From Fistulifera solaris (lineage: Eukaryota), in assembly GCA_030295235.1 (NCBI GenBank), contig AP026148.1, positions 186,001-250,000 on the forward strand: 64,000 bases of DNA, written 5' to 3'. The stretch's first letter is position 1. Every line of letters begins with the position of its first letter. A model generated the notes under the pieces. The model worked only from the letters and a program-made list of their open reading frames with translations, was not told the origin of the DNA and did not search any database. A program made the translations under genes and the position numbers. Below are positions 13,994 to 25,994 of the stretch, in pieces.

Positions 13994-16900
13994 ATGTCGC
14001 ATTACGGAGGAAACAATTCGGGCTCCGGATCGTCTCGTGGCGGTAAGTTGCGCAACTCGGCGAGCTGTACGAACAAGCCACAATCACGTTCACTCCTGTA
14101 TCTTTTCGGAAAGGCGGACACGCAGGATTTCACGGAGGCCACCAAGAGCATTACGATGGATACGGTCCAGGTGGTAAGTCATTGAGTTCGAAGTAGGGAA
14201 AATGCATCAGCGGAATCGAAAACTGATTTTTGTTGCAAAAGGAGGTAATCACTTTCAGCCGGGCCGAGGAAGAGGCCCGGGAAGAGAGAACAACAGGAGA
14301 CGCAATGGTAAGTCGTTAATTTACTTACTTGTTTGAGTTCCTACTTATCTCGATCAAAATCCTTGAATGTACAGACGGAGACTCCGGACTCGGACGAGGC
14401 CCGAATAAGAGACACCAAGGTACGTATCATTTTAAACGATGAATTCCTGCACAGCTGTGTTTGCCCTCGATTTGTCGCTTGATGTCCAATTGATCGTCTT
14501 TCAATTACGGACTTGTTCACTTTATTCTTCACTTCAAATAAAAATACAGGAGATCCGGAGGAGCGCCGAAGGTGGGAGACGAATGGCATTCAAGTCGTCA
14601 CGAATCTCTTCCCGCTGGTGCCAGTATCCAGCGGCCGCGTAGAATTGAATATATATCAGTTCGATATTGAAATCGACTTCTTTCGAAAGAAGAAGAGAGT
14701 TGAAGCAGCTCCGCAGCCTGAGTCGGAAAAGGAAGTTCCTGACGATGCTCAGCCCGCGACACAACCCCAGCCGGAGCGCCGTCCTAAACGTCAGATCAAT
14801 GAGAGATCATCTCCTTTGAGCCGACGTATCTTGCTGGAATGTCAAAAGCAGATCGCCGCTGATTGGTTCTTTCTTACGGATGGAGCAAATATTGCTTATT
14901 CGGTCCAAAACATCCCGGAGAAGTATGATGTGACTAAATTTGACGACAAAGAGGGCGCTGGCATTGTCGTCGAAGTCAGAGATGGCTCCGAGGAAGAATG
15001 TACGTATGCTAAATATGCCGCCACCAAAAAGTACGTCGTCTACTTCAAGCCGGTGGGCGAGTCTTTCCGCATTGTTTTTCACAACGGTAGAATTGACTCG
15101 AGCTGTCAAGAAAGTCTACCCAAGTTCTTCAATTTCATGAATCAAGTATTGAATAATGCCTGCATGAAGGCGGGGATGATTTCTACCAGAAAGAACCCGG
15201 AGCGATACTATTTTCCGCGAGGCATCAGTGCAAATGTTTTGGGCGGGAACTTCCAAAGGCAGAACGAAAGCCATCCTCTTCTAGGTTTGTCGCAGTCGGT
15301 CAGCATAGCGGTAAATGGTTCGATGCAAATCCAGTCGGATTTTGCTTTGGGGTGGTTTGAGCCGGATGTAGAGGAGAAACCGCTGCTGGACCCAGTGACG
15401 AAGAAGCTGGCCGGCGAGAATATAAGCGACCTGCATCGGCCGATCACGGACCCAACTGTTCAAGACAGAGTCAGGAATGCGCTAAAGCCGCTTTTGTTTC
15501 ACACTCGTTACGAACGCGGGCGTGATTGGGAAGCATGTGAAACGAGATTCTTGAGACGCAAGTTAGAAGGCAAAGAGAATTTAGAAGACTTCATTGCCAA
15601 GCAAATTTCGAAGAAGAGGGAACATCGATTCAATGTCCAATTGAACAGGAGACTGTCAAACCCGGATAAGGCCGAGGGAGCTGATATCATTTTTATTCCA
15701 AGCAACTTCACCTTTTCGTTTTTGGGTGAAGAAATGACAGTTGAACAATATTATAGGGCACGGTACGATGTGAACTTGTTGTATCCGCACATGCCCCTGA
15801 TTTGTATTCATTCAAAACGACAAGATTACATGCCAGCGGAATTTTTATATCATGGTGCGTTCAAAACTTGTTGGGGCTTCGTCCTTGATCAACAAACTCA
15901 CTCTTGAACAAAAGCTTTCACACAGAAGAAAAATGCTAATCACGATGATCAGAAACGGATTGCGTTGGCTTTATGCGACCAACATAGTGGATTGAGGCGG
16001 GTCAACTTCATAGAAACCTTGAATACAAATGTCCATGAACCGACCCTCAGAGAAATGTTGGAAAAACTCCAAATCCGAAAGGATTCAAGGCTCACGGTGG
16101 CCGCAGGTGGTATGTGATTCATGAACGCATTGTGACTTTACAGAAATGTGTCATTTCGTTCTCTCACTATCTTCTAGTTTTACAAGAGCCGGATATCAAC
16201 ACAGGCAGCGGAAAGCAACCGCATCCTTATAATGGCTCATGGTCTTGCGACACAGTCGAAACAGGTGGCGTGCTCCATACACTTGCAGTTATCGATTTGA
16301 CTCGACGAAACGAAAGTAATTTTCACGATGTAAAGTCTCTTTTAGAGAAGTGCAGACAGGAACGCATCGACTGTTTACGGTTCCAGCGAGATGATATTGA
16401 TAGGTTGACGGTGTCTTTACCATCGAATTTCCCCCCTGGAGCGAGAGTCGACCTTTCACTAGCTCGGGTAATGGCCAAAAGGTTAGGGAAACAGCATATC
16501 AGTTTTTCCTCTATGGCGGCTATAATCGCCCTTTCAAGACGACCGTTCGCTGCTCTGGAAAGCTCAAAGAATGCGTTGTCGTTCCTTTTAAGGGACTTCC
16601 TGTGTTTTACTTTGAGGAGGACCGATACACGCATCAAGTCCGCGGACACCCACGCAATACGGCAGAACAACTCTATGCAAAGCTTTGCTTCTCGACCTCA
16701 TCCGAAGCAGAAAATTTACTTGACCCGTTTAAACAATTTGACGAAGTTTCTGATCGTTTTGATCAACTGTATATGTTTTATCATGTTGAAACTGGGGACA
16801 TCATACGTGAAATTCAGGGTTTAGACCCGTTCATGCTAGCTGTAGATGGGCTTAGCATTAATCCCGATGATGGGATGATTGACTGCCCCAGCATTGTTAT

Positions 16901-18373
16901 CGTTCGCCTGAAGGATAAGGACGCCATGCAATACTCTTTGCTCAAGTATGCTCTTTATGAAGCGGGTTTACAGGTATGTCTTTATTATTCGCAACAAAAT
17001 CATATTTTACTTATTCTAACACTATCGATCCAGACGCAATGCTTTGTTAATCCGACGAAGCACAATGGCTTCGGAGTTTTGTAAGTTTTATTTTTCGTAA
17101 TTCGATATTTCCTGTTGGCGTGACATTCTAACACTTGACCTAAAGGACTAAAAACCTTGCTATCAAAATTAACGCGAAGCTTGCCAGCCCAATGAACAAG
17201 TCGAACTCGTGGATCGTAAGCGGCCCGGCGAGCCAATGGCTGCGCAACAATGACACCCTGGTTATTGGATACGCTTTTGCCGGTGGTAAGTCATTTGTGA
17301 CTTGTGGTAATAGAATGGTCTTCTTTTAATCTCACATCTTTATGATTTGCAGCTCAGGGCAAATCTGGAAAAATGGTAGTTGCTGCTTCAAGTTGTGTCG
17401 ACGATGAAGGTCTTAGAATGCGACACGCAAACATTGTTCTCCCAAAGCGTCGTACCTGACGCCAGTTGCCGTGGATAGATTGATTTCGGTGAGTGCACCG
17501 ATGCTGGTAAAACTGCCGTGTCTAAAGCGCTCAAAGTGATTATTCTCTCTTGAAGTCCCTCTACGAACAATACGTAAACGACAGGGAAAAGCGCCCCAAA
17601 CATCTCATTGTCTACCGATGCAACGGTCAGGATACTGAGCTAGAAGGTTCGTCCAACAAGTAGTCTTACATTTCGAATGCTTTCTCACTTTTATTTTGTT
17701 CGCAGGCATCAAAGAGAACGAGCTCAAAACATTTGAGACAATCTTTCGAGCGAAGAGCTCGTGCCGGAACGATGACAACCCCGAACTTCCTCCTGTCAGA
17801 AATCCGGTAGTTACTTTTCTGGTCGCACAAACCCTCTCCAGTCCCAAACTTGCTCCTGTTCAGAAATTGGATAGAGGAAACAATGTCCCATCAGGAACTT
17901 GTGTCACAGACCCTCGTGCTATCAGCCAAATCATCACCGGAAGCGACGGGAGCAACGAGTCGTCGACCTTGAAAAGAGCTGAAAGGAACTATGACTTCAT
18001 ACTGGTTCCTCAGCAGGGACTGAAGGGGACATCCAAGCCTGTCTATTATCGAGTCTTGAAACTTGGAATAAGTGGGAGCCAGCAGGCTATTAAAGATGTC
18101 ACGTATTCGTTGAGCTTCCGCTACGCAACTGCTACAAAAGTGCCCCGATTGCCCGCTGTATTGCTTTATAGCCAGCGCATTGCTGGAGTAATTCTGGCAT
18201 GTCTACCGGAATTGAAGGATCCGTTTGAGGGCAGAGCGATGTTCGACGGAGGAAATGATTACGATTACTTCCGGCGTTTCCCAAACCAAGACCCAGACCG
18301 AGGTATTGCAGACCACATGGTTTTCACTGACATTGAGGGCCCCACACCCTTCCACCCCCACCTGTTGGCATAG
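13994..18373 (+). CDS. AGO: Divergent Argonaute/PIWI-family protein (Gly/Arg-rich N-terminus, N, PAZ, L2, MID, PIWI), predicted slicer-inactive
   Basis: Manual splicing gives introns 14043-14113, 14174-14241, 14308-14374, 14420-14549, 15855-15914, 16110-16177, 16974-17033, 17081-17145, 17286-17352, 17489-17555, 17647-17705. Motifs: 'IQVVTNLFPL' (N), 'MTVEQYYRARYDVNLLYPHMPLI...YMPAEFL' (PAZ), 'GVLQEP...NGSW' (L2), 'QYSLLK...GLQTQC...NLAIKINAKL' (MID), 'NVPSGTCV...YDFILVPQQGLKGTSKPVYYRVL...TYSLSFRY...LPAVLLYSQRIA' (PIWI). Two 1-nt shifts are needed (~16435, ~17442). Confidence 0.92.
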
Positions 18374-19619
18374 GATTGATATAGGACTTTACATATTGCA
18401 TTTCGATCTGTTTCATAGTCTTTCGAGAATAGGTGGTTCTTTTCATCGCACATACTCTATTTAATGGCTTCGTCTACGCATGGACTATGGTTGGCAGCGG
18501 TCTCCGTGTATGCATGTGTCTTTAGCGATGAGTTCTGTCGTTCCATGAGGATGTTGAGAGTGATCGGGTGGCGCCACACGATAATGCCAGCCGCAACGAC
18601 CCTTCGCGAAAGAAGATGACACGTGATATAATAGGAAAGCTTGAAGCTCGACCCCCACTGATCAAAACGAGACGCCTCCGTCCGAGAGTCTTGCTCGAAC
18701 ATTCTTGCTAGGCACGGTGAAAATATTGACAGCCCGCTTTTGTTTAGTAGCGAACACGACCGACGAAATCACCATAGCTCGTATAAAACAATTCCACTGA
18801 ATCAAACCGAATGGCATTCACACCAGCGAACGCGTGCTCTTTGGTGGAGTCCCAGTAAGCCGTTACACAAGCAAATCTTTCGATATCTGATGAAGGCCAC
18901 CCATCCGAAAATGAATCGGATGGATTTCATGACAATTCAAAAAATGACGGGCATGACCTGTCGCATTATAAATAACCTTTACGTAGCATCGAGAACATTG
19001 GATTGCTGCCGAGAGGGAATTTAGGAAGTACGCGAACATGTCCCGAAGAACGATGAATCATCGACGTAATGTTTTGACAGCAGCGGCGTGAACCAAATAC
19101 CAGTTCTTATCACAACACCGAAGAATAGCATGGTACCTGGTAGGAATGAATTAGGATGGTCGTTGACACGACAAAAATGCAGGCGTCGTCGTCGTCGTCG
19201 TCTGTAAGTGCCGATAAGCCGACGACAAGGTGCCGCAAAACCTGAAATTTTGAAATCGTGTTGGTTCTGTGTCCTTTAGAATGACCAATGACCCAAAAGT
19301 ACAGATTATCGTACAGCCTATACCAACATAGACCTACCGCACGTAAACACGCATCTTGCTGGGACTCCGTTCTCGTTTTCTTTCTAAGATAAATAGCAAC
19401 AGAGCTTATGTGTATGTAGTATTGCCCAATGACCAGTGAATGAAAGTGCCAATAAAATAGATCCAAGACGTGCGTTTTTCGCCGCCAAGACCGACCGGGA
19501 CGAAAGTGTAAACAAGAAAACGAAAAACAAACACACCCGATTATCTGGTATTCTCATTTCATTATTTATATCTTCTGCTTTTGTCAAAAGTCAAAATACT
19601 CCTCTCAATTTCCAAGACC

Positions 19620-22600
19620 ATGACAGACTCGATTGATACCGAGACACCCGTCTACTTGAAATCCGCCGCACACGGCTGGATTCCTGCTGTGCTATTGAAA
19701 CAAGTCGCCGGCGGGAAAATGGCTCGCGTCGCTGTCCCCAAATTCAAACACGAAAATGATTTGTTGACCTGCGGCAAAATGTCGAAAGCCCAACTCATGG
19801 ATACGATCGATATTCCCCTTTCTGAATACGACAACAACGTCTTGCCGGTGCAGAATGTCGACGCGAATGGGAATTTGGAAGATTACAAAGATATGGTCGA
19901 ATTGCCGTTCATGCACGAGGTACGTCACGACCAAAAAGTTTGTTTACTCGTTCGTTTCTAACATTGCAGCTAAAATACTTGTTTTTCTTGTTTTTTTCTT
20001 CCAGGCCGCCATTCTGTACAATCTCAAATTACGACACAAGAATCAGAAACCATACACTCGTACGGCCGATATTGTCATTGCGATCAACCCGTATCACTGG
20101 TTGAATCATCTTTATACACACGAAAAGCAAACCTACTATTCGAATCGTTTGGTATGGGACAACAACGAAGAAGATCCCCGTGCGACACTCGAACCGCATG
20201 TTTACGAAATATCCGCCTTGGCCTACAAAGGACTCATTCGAGAAGGAGAAGGCAAAGATCAATCCATCCTCGTGTCGGGAGAATCCGGAGCCGGGAAAAC
20301 GGAAACGGTCAAGATTTGTTTGAATCATATTGCGAGTACACAAGCCAAAGAGGATTATTATTACGAAGACCAGATTGTCAAACGCGTCGTCGAATCGAAT
20401 CCTCTACTCGAGGCTTTTGGTAATGCCAAGACACGTCGCAACGACAACTCGTCGCGGTTCGGCAAGTACTTGCAATTGCAGTTTGACAAGTCGCACAATC
20501 GTACCGAATCGTACGGGACACGACGAGGTCAAGTTCCCTTGGTGGGTAGCAAGTGTGATGTGTATTTGCTCGAGAAGAATCGTGTCGTGCAGCACGATGA
20601 TCAAGAACGTAGTTTTCACATCTTTTATCAATTACTGGCATCGCCCGACAAGACCCAATACTGGTCGGAACTCCAAGGCAAAACTCCGGAATCTTACTCG
20701 TACTTGGGTCGTTGTACTACTACCAGTATTGAAGGTGTCAGTGATGCCGATCACTTCCGTCACACGGTTGAAGCACTCCAGCTCGTGGGTGTTCAAGGAC
20801 GTGACCTGCACATGCTCATGCAGGCCATTTGTGCCGTGTTGCAATTGGGAAATCTGCGATTCGGGGCGTTGCACGGAGATTCCGACAAGTCGACCGTCGT
20901 TTCGCTCGAGGAATTGCGTGTGTTGGGAGATTTGATTGGCATTGCGCCCCAGAATCTTTCGATGTGCATGACCGAACGTACGTTCACGACCAGTGGAGAG
21001 ACGCACAAGGTTCCGCTCAATCCCATCATGGCCAAGGATGGTTGTGATGCGTTGGCGAAAGAGATTTACCAAAAAGTCTTTTTATGGGTCACGAAAAGAT
21101 CAACGACGCCACCAGTGTCGACGAGACCGCCATGAAACTCGGTTACATTGGATTGCTTGATATCTTTGGTTTCGAAACGTTCGAGGTCAACCGGTTCGAA
21201 CAGCTCTGCATCAACTACGCCAACGAGAAATTGCAGCAAAAGTTCACTCAAGATGTCTTTACCAATGTTGAGAAAGAGTACATTGCCGAAGGAATCGATC
21301 TTGCGGAAATCAAGTACGAAGACAATGGAGAGGTTCTCGAATTGATTGAACACCGCTCCGGTTTGATCGCTCTTTTGAATGAAGAATGCGTCCGTCCCAA
21401 GGGCAATGACTTCGAATATGTCCAGAAAGCGCTCGCGATCAACAAGGATGCCAGCAAGCTCATGATCCATCGCACTGACCGCTTGTCCTTCGGTATCAAG
21501 CACTACGCCGGAGACGTGATGTACAGCGCCGAATATTTCGTGACGCGCAACTTGGATACTCTCCCCACGGACTTGCAAGAATGCATGGAAAAGTCCTCCA
21601 ACGAGATCCTCAGCATCTTCCAAGCCGACGACGTGCATGCACAGAAGCCTCATCCTCACAACGCACCACGCCAGAAGAGTAACATTGTCGCGGCCACCGT
21701 GTGGACGAAGTACCGCGGCCAGTTGGAGAACTTGATGAAGAATTTGCGCCAGACGGAATCGCGCTACATTCGATGCATCAAGCCCAATACCGAAAAGAAA
21801 GAATTGTTGATGGAACACAATCTCGTGGTGGATCAACTTCGCTGTGCCGGTGTCGTGGCAGGTATTACAATCGCCCGCAGCGTCTTCCCCAACCGTTTGC
21901 CCAACAGTCTGGTGTTGACGCGCTACTCCAACATGTGCGACGCACGATCCTCCACTGCCGGACAAAAGAGTGCAGAGAAGTGCAAGCTCCTCTTGAACTG
22001 GCTTCTCAAGGACATGGACGCCGTGAACGAGAATGGTGACAAGGTTAAGGCGTTTGTGGTAGGAAAAACCAAGACCTTCTTCCGCGCGGGTGCCCTCGAG
22101 TGGTTGGAGTCGCACCGCATTCGCAGTGTGGACTTGCAGGCAATCATCATTCAAAAGGTCGCACGCAGTTGGCTCGTTCGTAACAAAGGCAAACGCTTGA
22201 ATCACCGACGTCGCATGGAAGAAGAGGCCAGGCGACGCGAAGAACAGGCGAGATTGGCCCATGAAGCACGCTTGAGAGAAGAAGAACAGCAGCGTAAGGC
22301 AGAGCACCAGAAGAAGATCCGGGAAATGGAAGCCACGATCCAGCGTCTAGAAGCTCAAGCCGAAGCAGAAAGCCGCATGCAGCAAGAAAGGCTCAAAGCC
22401 GCACGCGAACGTGCCGAATTGTTGCGAGAGGAGAAGGAGATGTTGGCGGAACGCATCGAGGAAAGGAAGGCCAAGGATGTTCGTCAGCGAATCGCCACAA
22501 AGGAGTTGCAGAAGAAGCAGTTGGATGAGATCAAACGAGCCATCATGTTCTTGCAGCAGCAGAATAAGCTATTGCAGAAGGAACATATGAAACTCGAGTT

Positions 22601-23036
22601 GAAACTGGAACAAGAGATGCTCCGCTTGAACAATGCCAGCAGCAATTGCAACATGCTCGAGGACAGTTTAAGCAACATGTATGCTTCAGCGGACAAGGTC
22701 AGTCGCAATCATGACAGCTTATCGAGAGGAATCGATTCGGCCAAACAGGAGAACGAAAAGATGTCGGCTCGGGTGGACGATGCACAGAGTCGTTACATGG
22801 CCCAAGCCGAAACGCGATTACATTTGCAGAGAAACATGGCACGCATTCTCAATCTCGCTCAAGACAAATGCCGCGACCATTCGTTGTTAGAGTTCATCCA
22901 GTCGACTGCCTACGAGTGCGAGAACGATTCCAAGGTGATCATGGCCGGATTGGAAGCTGAATTGGATGATAGTGGTCGGCCCAGTTTGACGCCTCTCTCG
23001 GATCATTCGTCCTCTGGCACGGACCGTAGTCAATAA
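19620..23036 (+). CDS. Myosin heavy chain (diatom-type), copy 3
   Basis: GESGAGKT, NDNSSRFGK, DIFGFE, YIRCIKPN, IQ 'IQKVARSW', coiled-coil tail. One intron at MHE|AAIL; frameshift near 21095. Confidence 0.95.
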
Positions 23037-23636
23037 GTGATTGATTGATTACTAAATGTGTACTTGTATATGAGAAGTAAAACGAACGCCGTGAGACCAT
23101 CGCTGCGAATCGTGCATCTTAGCTTTAACATTGGCGTTGTCCTTGCTCTTAGCTCCAAATCGCTTCGTGCTTGGTCGTGGTCACTTCCATCGTGAATCTC
23201 TCGGTAATGAAATTCTTTGTTATGGTCATCGAAACTGTCGAACGTTATTGACTGGAAACGGCGTTACAATTCTGCTGTGTCGTGGACTCTACGTAGAGTT
23301 CTTGTTTCATGAGTGGACTGCATCCCGAAAATGAACGAAGTAAGACGATTTTCAACGTCCGATAACGAGTTATGACTCCTAATGATACCTGACATGCCAT
23401 CCAGTATTGTGGATAGCATTACGTTTGTTTGCTGCTAACATTATGGGATCGCGCGGATATTAGAGATACAAGATTGTTCCAGAAACTACCGCCTTTGCTG
23501 GTATTGGATTTTCCCATTCGAAAATGGAATAAATGATACAAAACTCGTCATTTAAAGGTTGTAGAAAGTCACCATCTATATTTAAACGCTGAAAAATGAA
23601 GCACTATTGTATCCGCCTTTTGAAGCACAACAGCTT

Positions 23637-24021
23637 CTATTTCTGCGATGGTTGAGCAACTTGAGCAGTTGCGGCAATGCGTTGCGGATCATGCTTCAAC
23701 AAATAATTGGCAAGATATTCGATAGGATTCGCCGGACGCTCTTTCACTAATTCCGACATACCTATTTTTATTATTTTAATTCAATGAGGAAAGAGGTCAG
23801 TTGATACAAAGAAGGAATGAAGGAGGCGATCATTGGTGAAGAGTAAACGTACCATCGAGCAAAAGCGGAACGACTGTTTGATCCAAATAAGCACGAATGG
23901 GCAAGCGCTGCATATCGTTGCCTTGTTGAGTCTGTTGATGTTGCTGCTGCTGCATCATCATTTGCTGGAAATGCTGCTGCTGTTGTTGCATCATCATTTG
24001 CTGAGGATTGGAGGCGTCCAT
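23637..24021 (-). CDS. DPY30: Dpy-30-like subunit (COMPASS/SET1 complex) with poly-Q/M N-terminus
   Basis: 'LPIRAYLDQTVVPLLLDG' spliced across one intron to 'MSELVKERPANPIEYLANYLLKH'. Confidence 0.9.
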
Positions 24022-24722
24022 GGTAGAAGAAGGATGCGGTAAACGAAAAGAAAAGCGATCTTGTTTGTTATTTTGATGAAAATAGCGTTACAACGGCTAT
24101 TATAAATATAGGAAAGGGAAACGGGAGAAAGCGATGAAAAGACGTGCAACCAGATGTTGCTGCAATCGAAGACGGCGCGAAATGATAAACACGATGAGAA
24201 TGAAGGACGCCTGGAAACGGCGGTAAATTGATAGGGTTGGGATTCGAGTTAATGACTCAAGTTCTGTCTTGGGGGAAAACGGACAACACTTTGGGGTCAT
24301 AGTAAGTTTTGAATTGGTACAAGTCTCGACGATTTTAGAATATCGGCGGTGCTCTGATACAAACAAACTCTTTTACAAGTCATGAAAATGCCTACCTTTG
24401 TGGAAAAGTCAAACACAAATAATAAGATCTTTGGTAGTTAAAACTAAAATTGCGATTGATTTTGTATACCTAGTCCGGAGCGGGAGCGCACCTCTCACAC
24501 TCTATGCTCTACTACGCTCTACGCTGTTTCTCCTACACTTTGCTACGAAGCAAGTTGAAGTGGGAACGACGCGTTTCACACACTTCATTATTTTTCATTT
24601 TCTGCCGATCAACATCCAACAACAATTTTCTCACATTTCCTTCAGCAAATCTCACACAAACCAAACAAACATTCATTTCACGATAAAAAAGAATTAGCAA
24701 ACATAAACAAGAACCCGTTAAT

Positions 24723-25841
24723 ATGTCTACTTCACAATGGATAACACTACAAGACGCACGCGATGCATCCTTTGGAAAGGTCGCTTGGTGGAATCTCCCA
24801 ACACCGGACGGAGAACACATCACAATTTCCTCCGAACAGCAACAACCCGTTTGGAAAGGCGTCACCGGCACCATGTACTTGGGCGGATGGAAATCGGGTA
24901 AATGGGATGGTCCAGGAGTCTTTTATTTCCCGGATGGATGTGTTCTTTCGGGACATTGGGAAGAAGGTCGCTTGTTGGGAAAGGCGATGCATGTCTTGTT
25001 GCCGGAATCGCCTTGCTGGATGGAGAATCACTGGCCTCGTTCTTGTTTACTGGATGCGACGACACAACGACCACTTCCGTTTGTGTATATTGGGTGTTAT
25101 ACCCACTTTCGGATGAACGACGATGACGCCATTGTCATTCTCAAGGACGGAACAGCACGTCGCGGGCCTTGGCAAGACAATCGACCGGTCGGAAATTGGT
25201 GGAAGGATCATGCAACGATCGAAGATATTAGTTGGGAGCAAATGTCGCAACTGTTATCCTTTGCCGAAGAACCCATCGTATCAAGTCTTTCGCCGGATGC
25301 GTGCCCTCCGGCAATGTCGACCTGTGTGTCCGATCAAAGTATTCTGACATCCTCGTCTACGATTCTAAAACCCGACGATTCGTCGTCATGGCCCGAAGAA
25401 TGGGAAGGCCAACGCGATGCCGAACGTGAGATTGGTCAATGGGTGACACAATTGCTTTCTCCCGACGCGAATCCGCACGAAATGCAATATTACGCTTCAC
25501 GATTCTATCATGATGGATTCCATTCTGTCACCTGGATTCAACAACACTGCAGTACGGCCGATGTGCGTTCCTGGATGAAAAAGGCCCACGTCCGCCGCCT
25601 CGTGCCGCATTTAGTATCGGAGCAACGCGTTCATACGATTGCCTTGTGGTTGCACAAGATTGTGTTGGGATCGAACGCACACGAATGGGAAGTTTACGAA
25701 TATGCGATGCAATTGGTAGACGAAGGATTGTTGTGCATTGGTGATATTCGTGAATTTTGTACTCCCGACGATGTACAAACATTTGATTGGATGAAAACCT
25801 TTCACAAACGTCGATTGACGGCGCATTTGGAACATTGTTAA
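24723..25841 (+). CDS. MORN-repeat protein with two C-terminal SAM-like repeats
   Basis: MORN-like 'YLGGWKSGKWDGPGVFYFPDG..SGHWEEG'. Two ~60-aa internal repeats of the form W...Y...F/L..DG/EG...C...DV...WMKxxHxRRL. Confidence 0.65.
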   Translation: MSTSQWITLQDARDASFGKVAWWNLPTPDGEHITISSEQQQPVWKGVTGTMYLGGWKSGKWDGPGVFYFPDGCVLSGHWEEGRLLGKAMHVLLPESPCWMENHWPRSCLLDATTQRPLPFVYIGCYTHFRMNDDDAIVILKDGTARRGPWQDNRPVGNWWKDHATIEDISWEQMSQLLSFAEEPIVSSLSPDACPPAMSTCVSDQSILTSSSTILKPDDSSSWPEEWEGQRDAEREIGQWVTQLLSPDANPHEMQYYASRFYHDGFHSVTWIQQHCSTADVRSWMKKAHVRRLVPHLVSEQRVHTIALWLHKIVLGSNAHEWEVYEYAMQLVDEGLLCIGDIREFCTPDDVQTFDWMKTFHKRRLTAHLEHC

Positions 25842-25994
25842 AACGAGATTCGATCGCAGCGGATAATATTCCTTGTAGCAAGACACGATACGAATGATGT
25901 TTCTTTTTTCCTTCTAAAATAATTACACAATCCGTTCTTCTTTTATTCTTGGTTGGTAGGTAGGTTGGTTGGTTGGTTGAATACGTTTGTTTTG

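Noticed and set aside
14513..18373. Prokaryotic Argonaute defence system or bacterial contamination
   Set aside because: The gene has 11 spliceosomal introns, eukaryotic AGO motifs and eukaryotic neighbours; no operonic effector is present.
3352..23036. Possibility that the three myosins are haplotype or assembly duplicates
   Set aside because: Their protein sequences, intron numbers and tails differ substantially.
23935..24005. CAG/ATG-type tandem repeat
   Set aside because: It encodes the poly-Q/M N-terminus of Dpy-30; it is not a CRISPR array or satellite.
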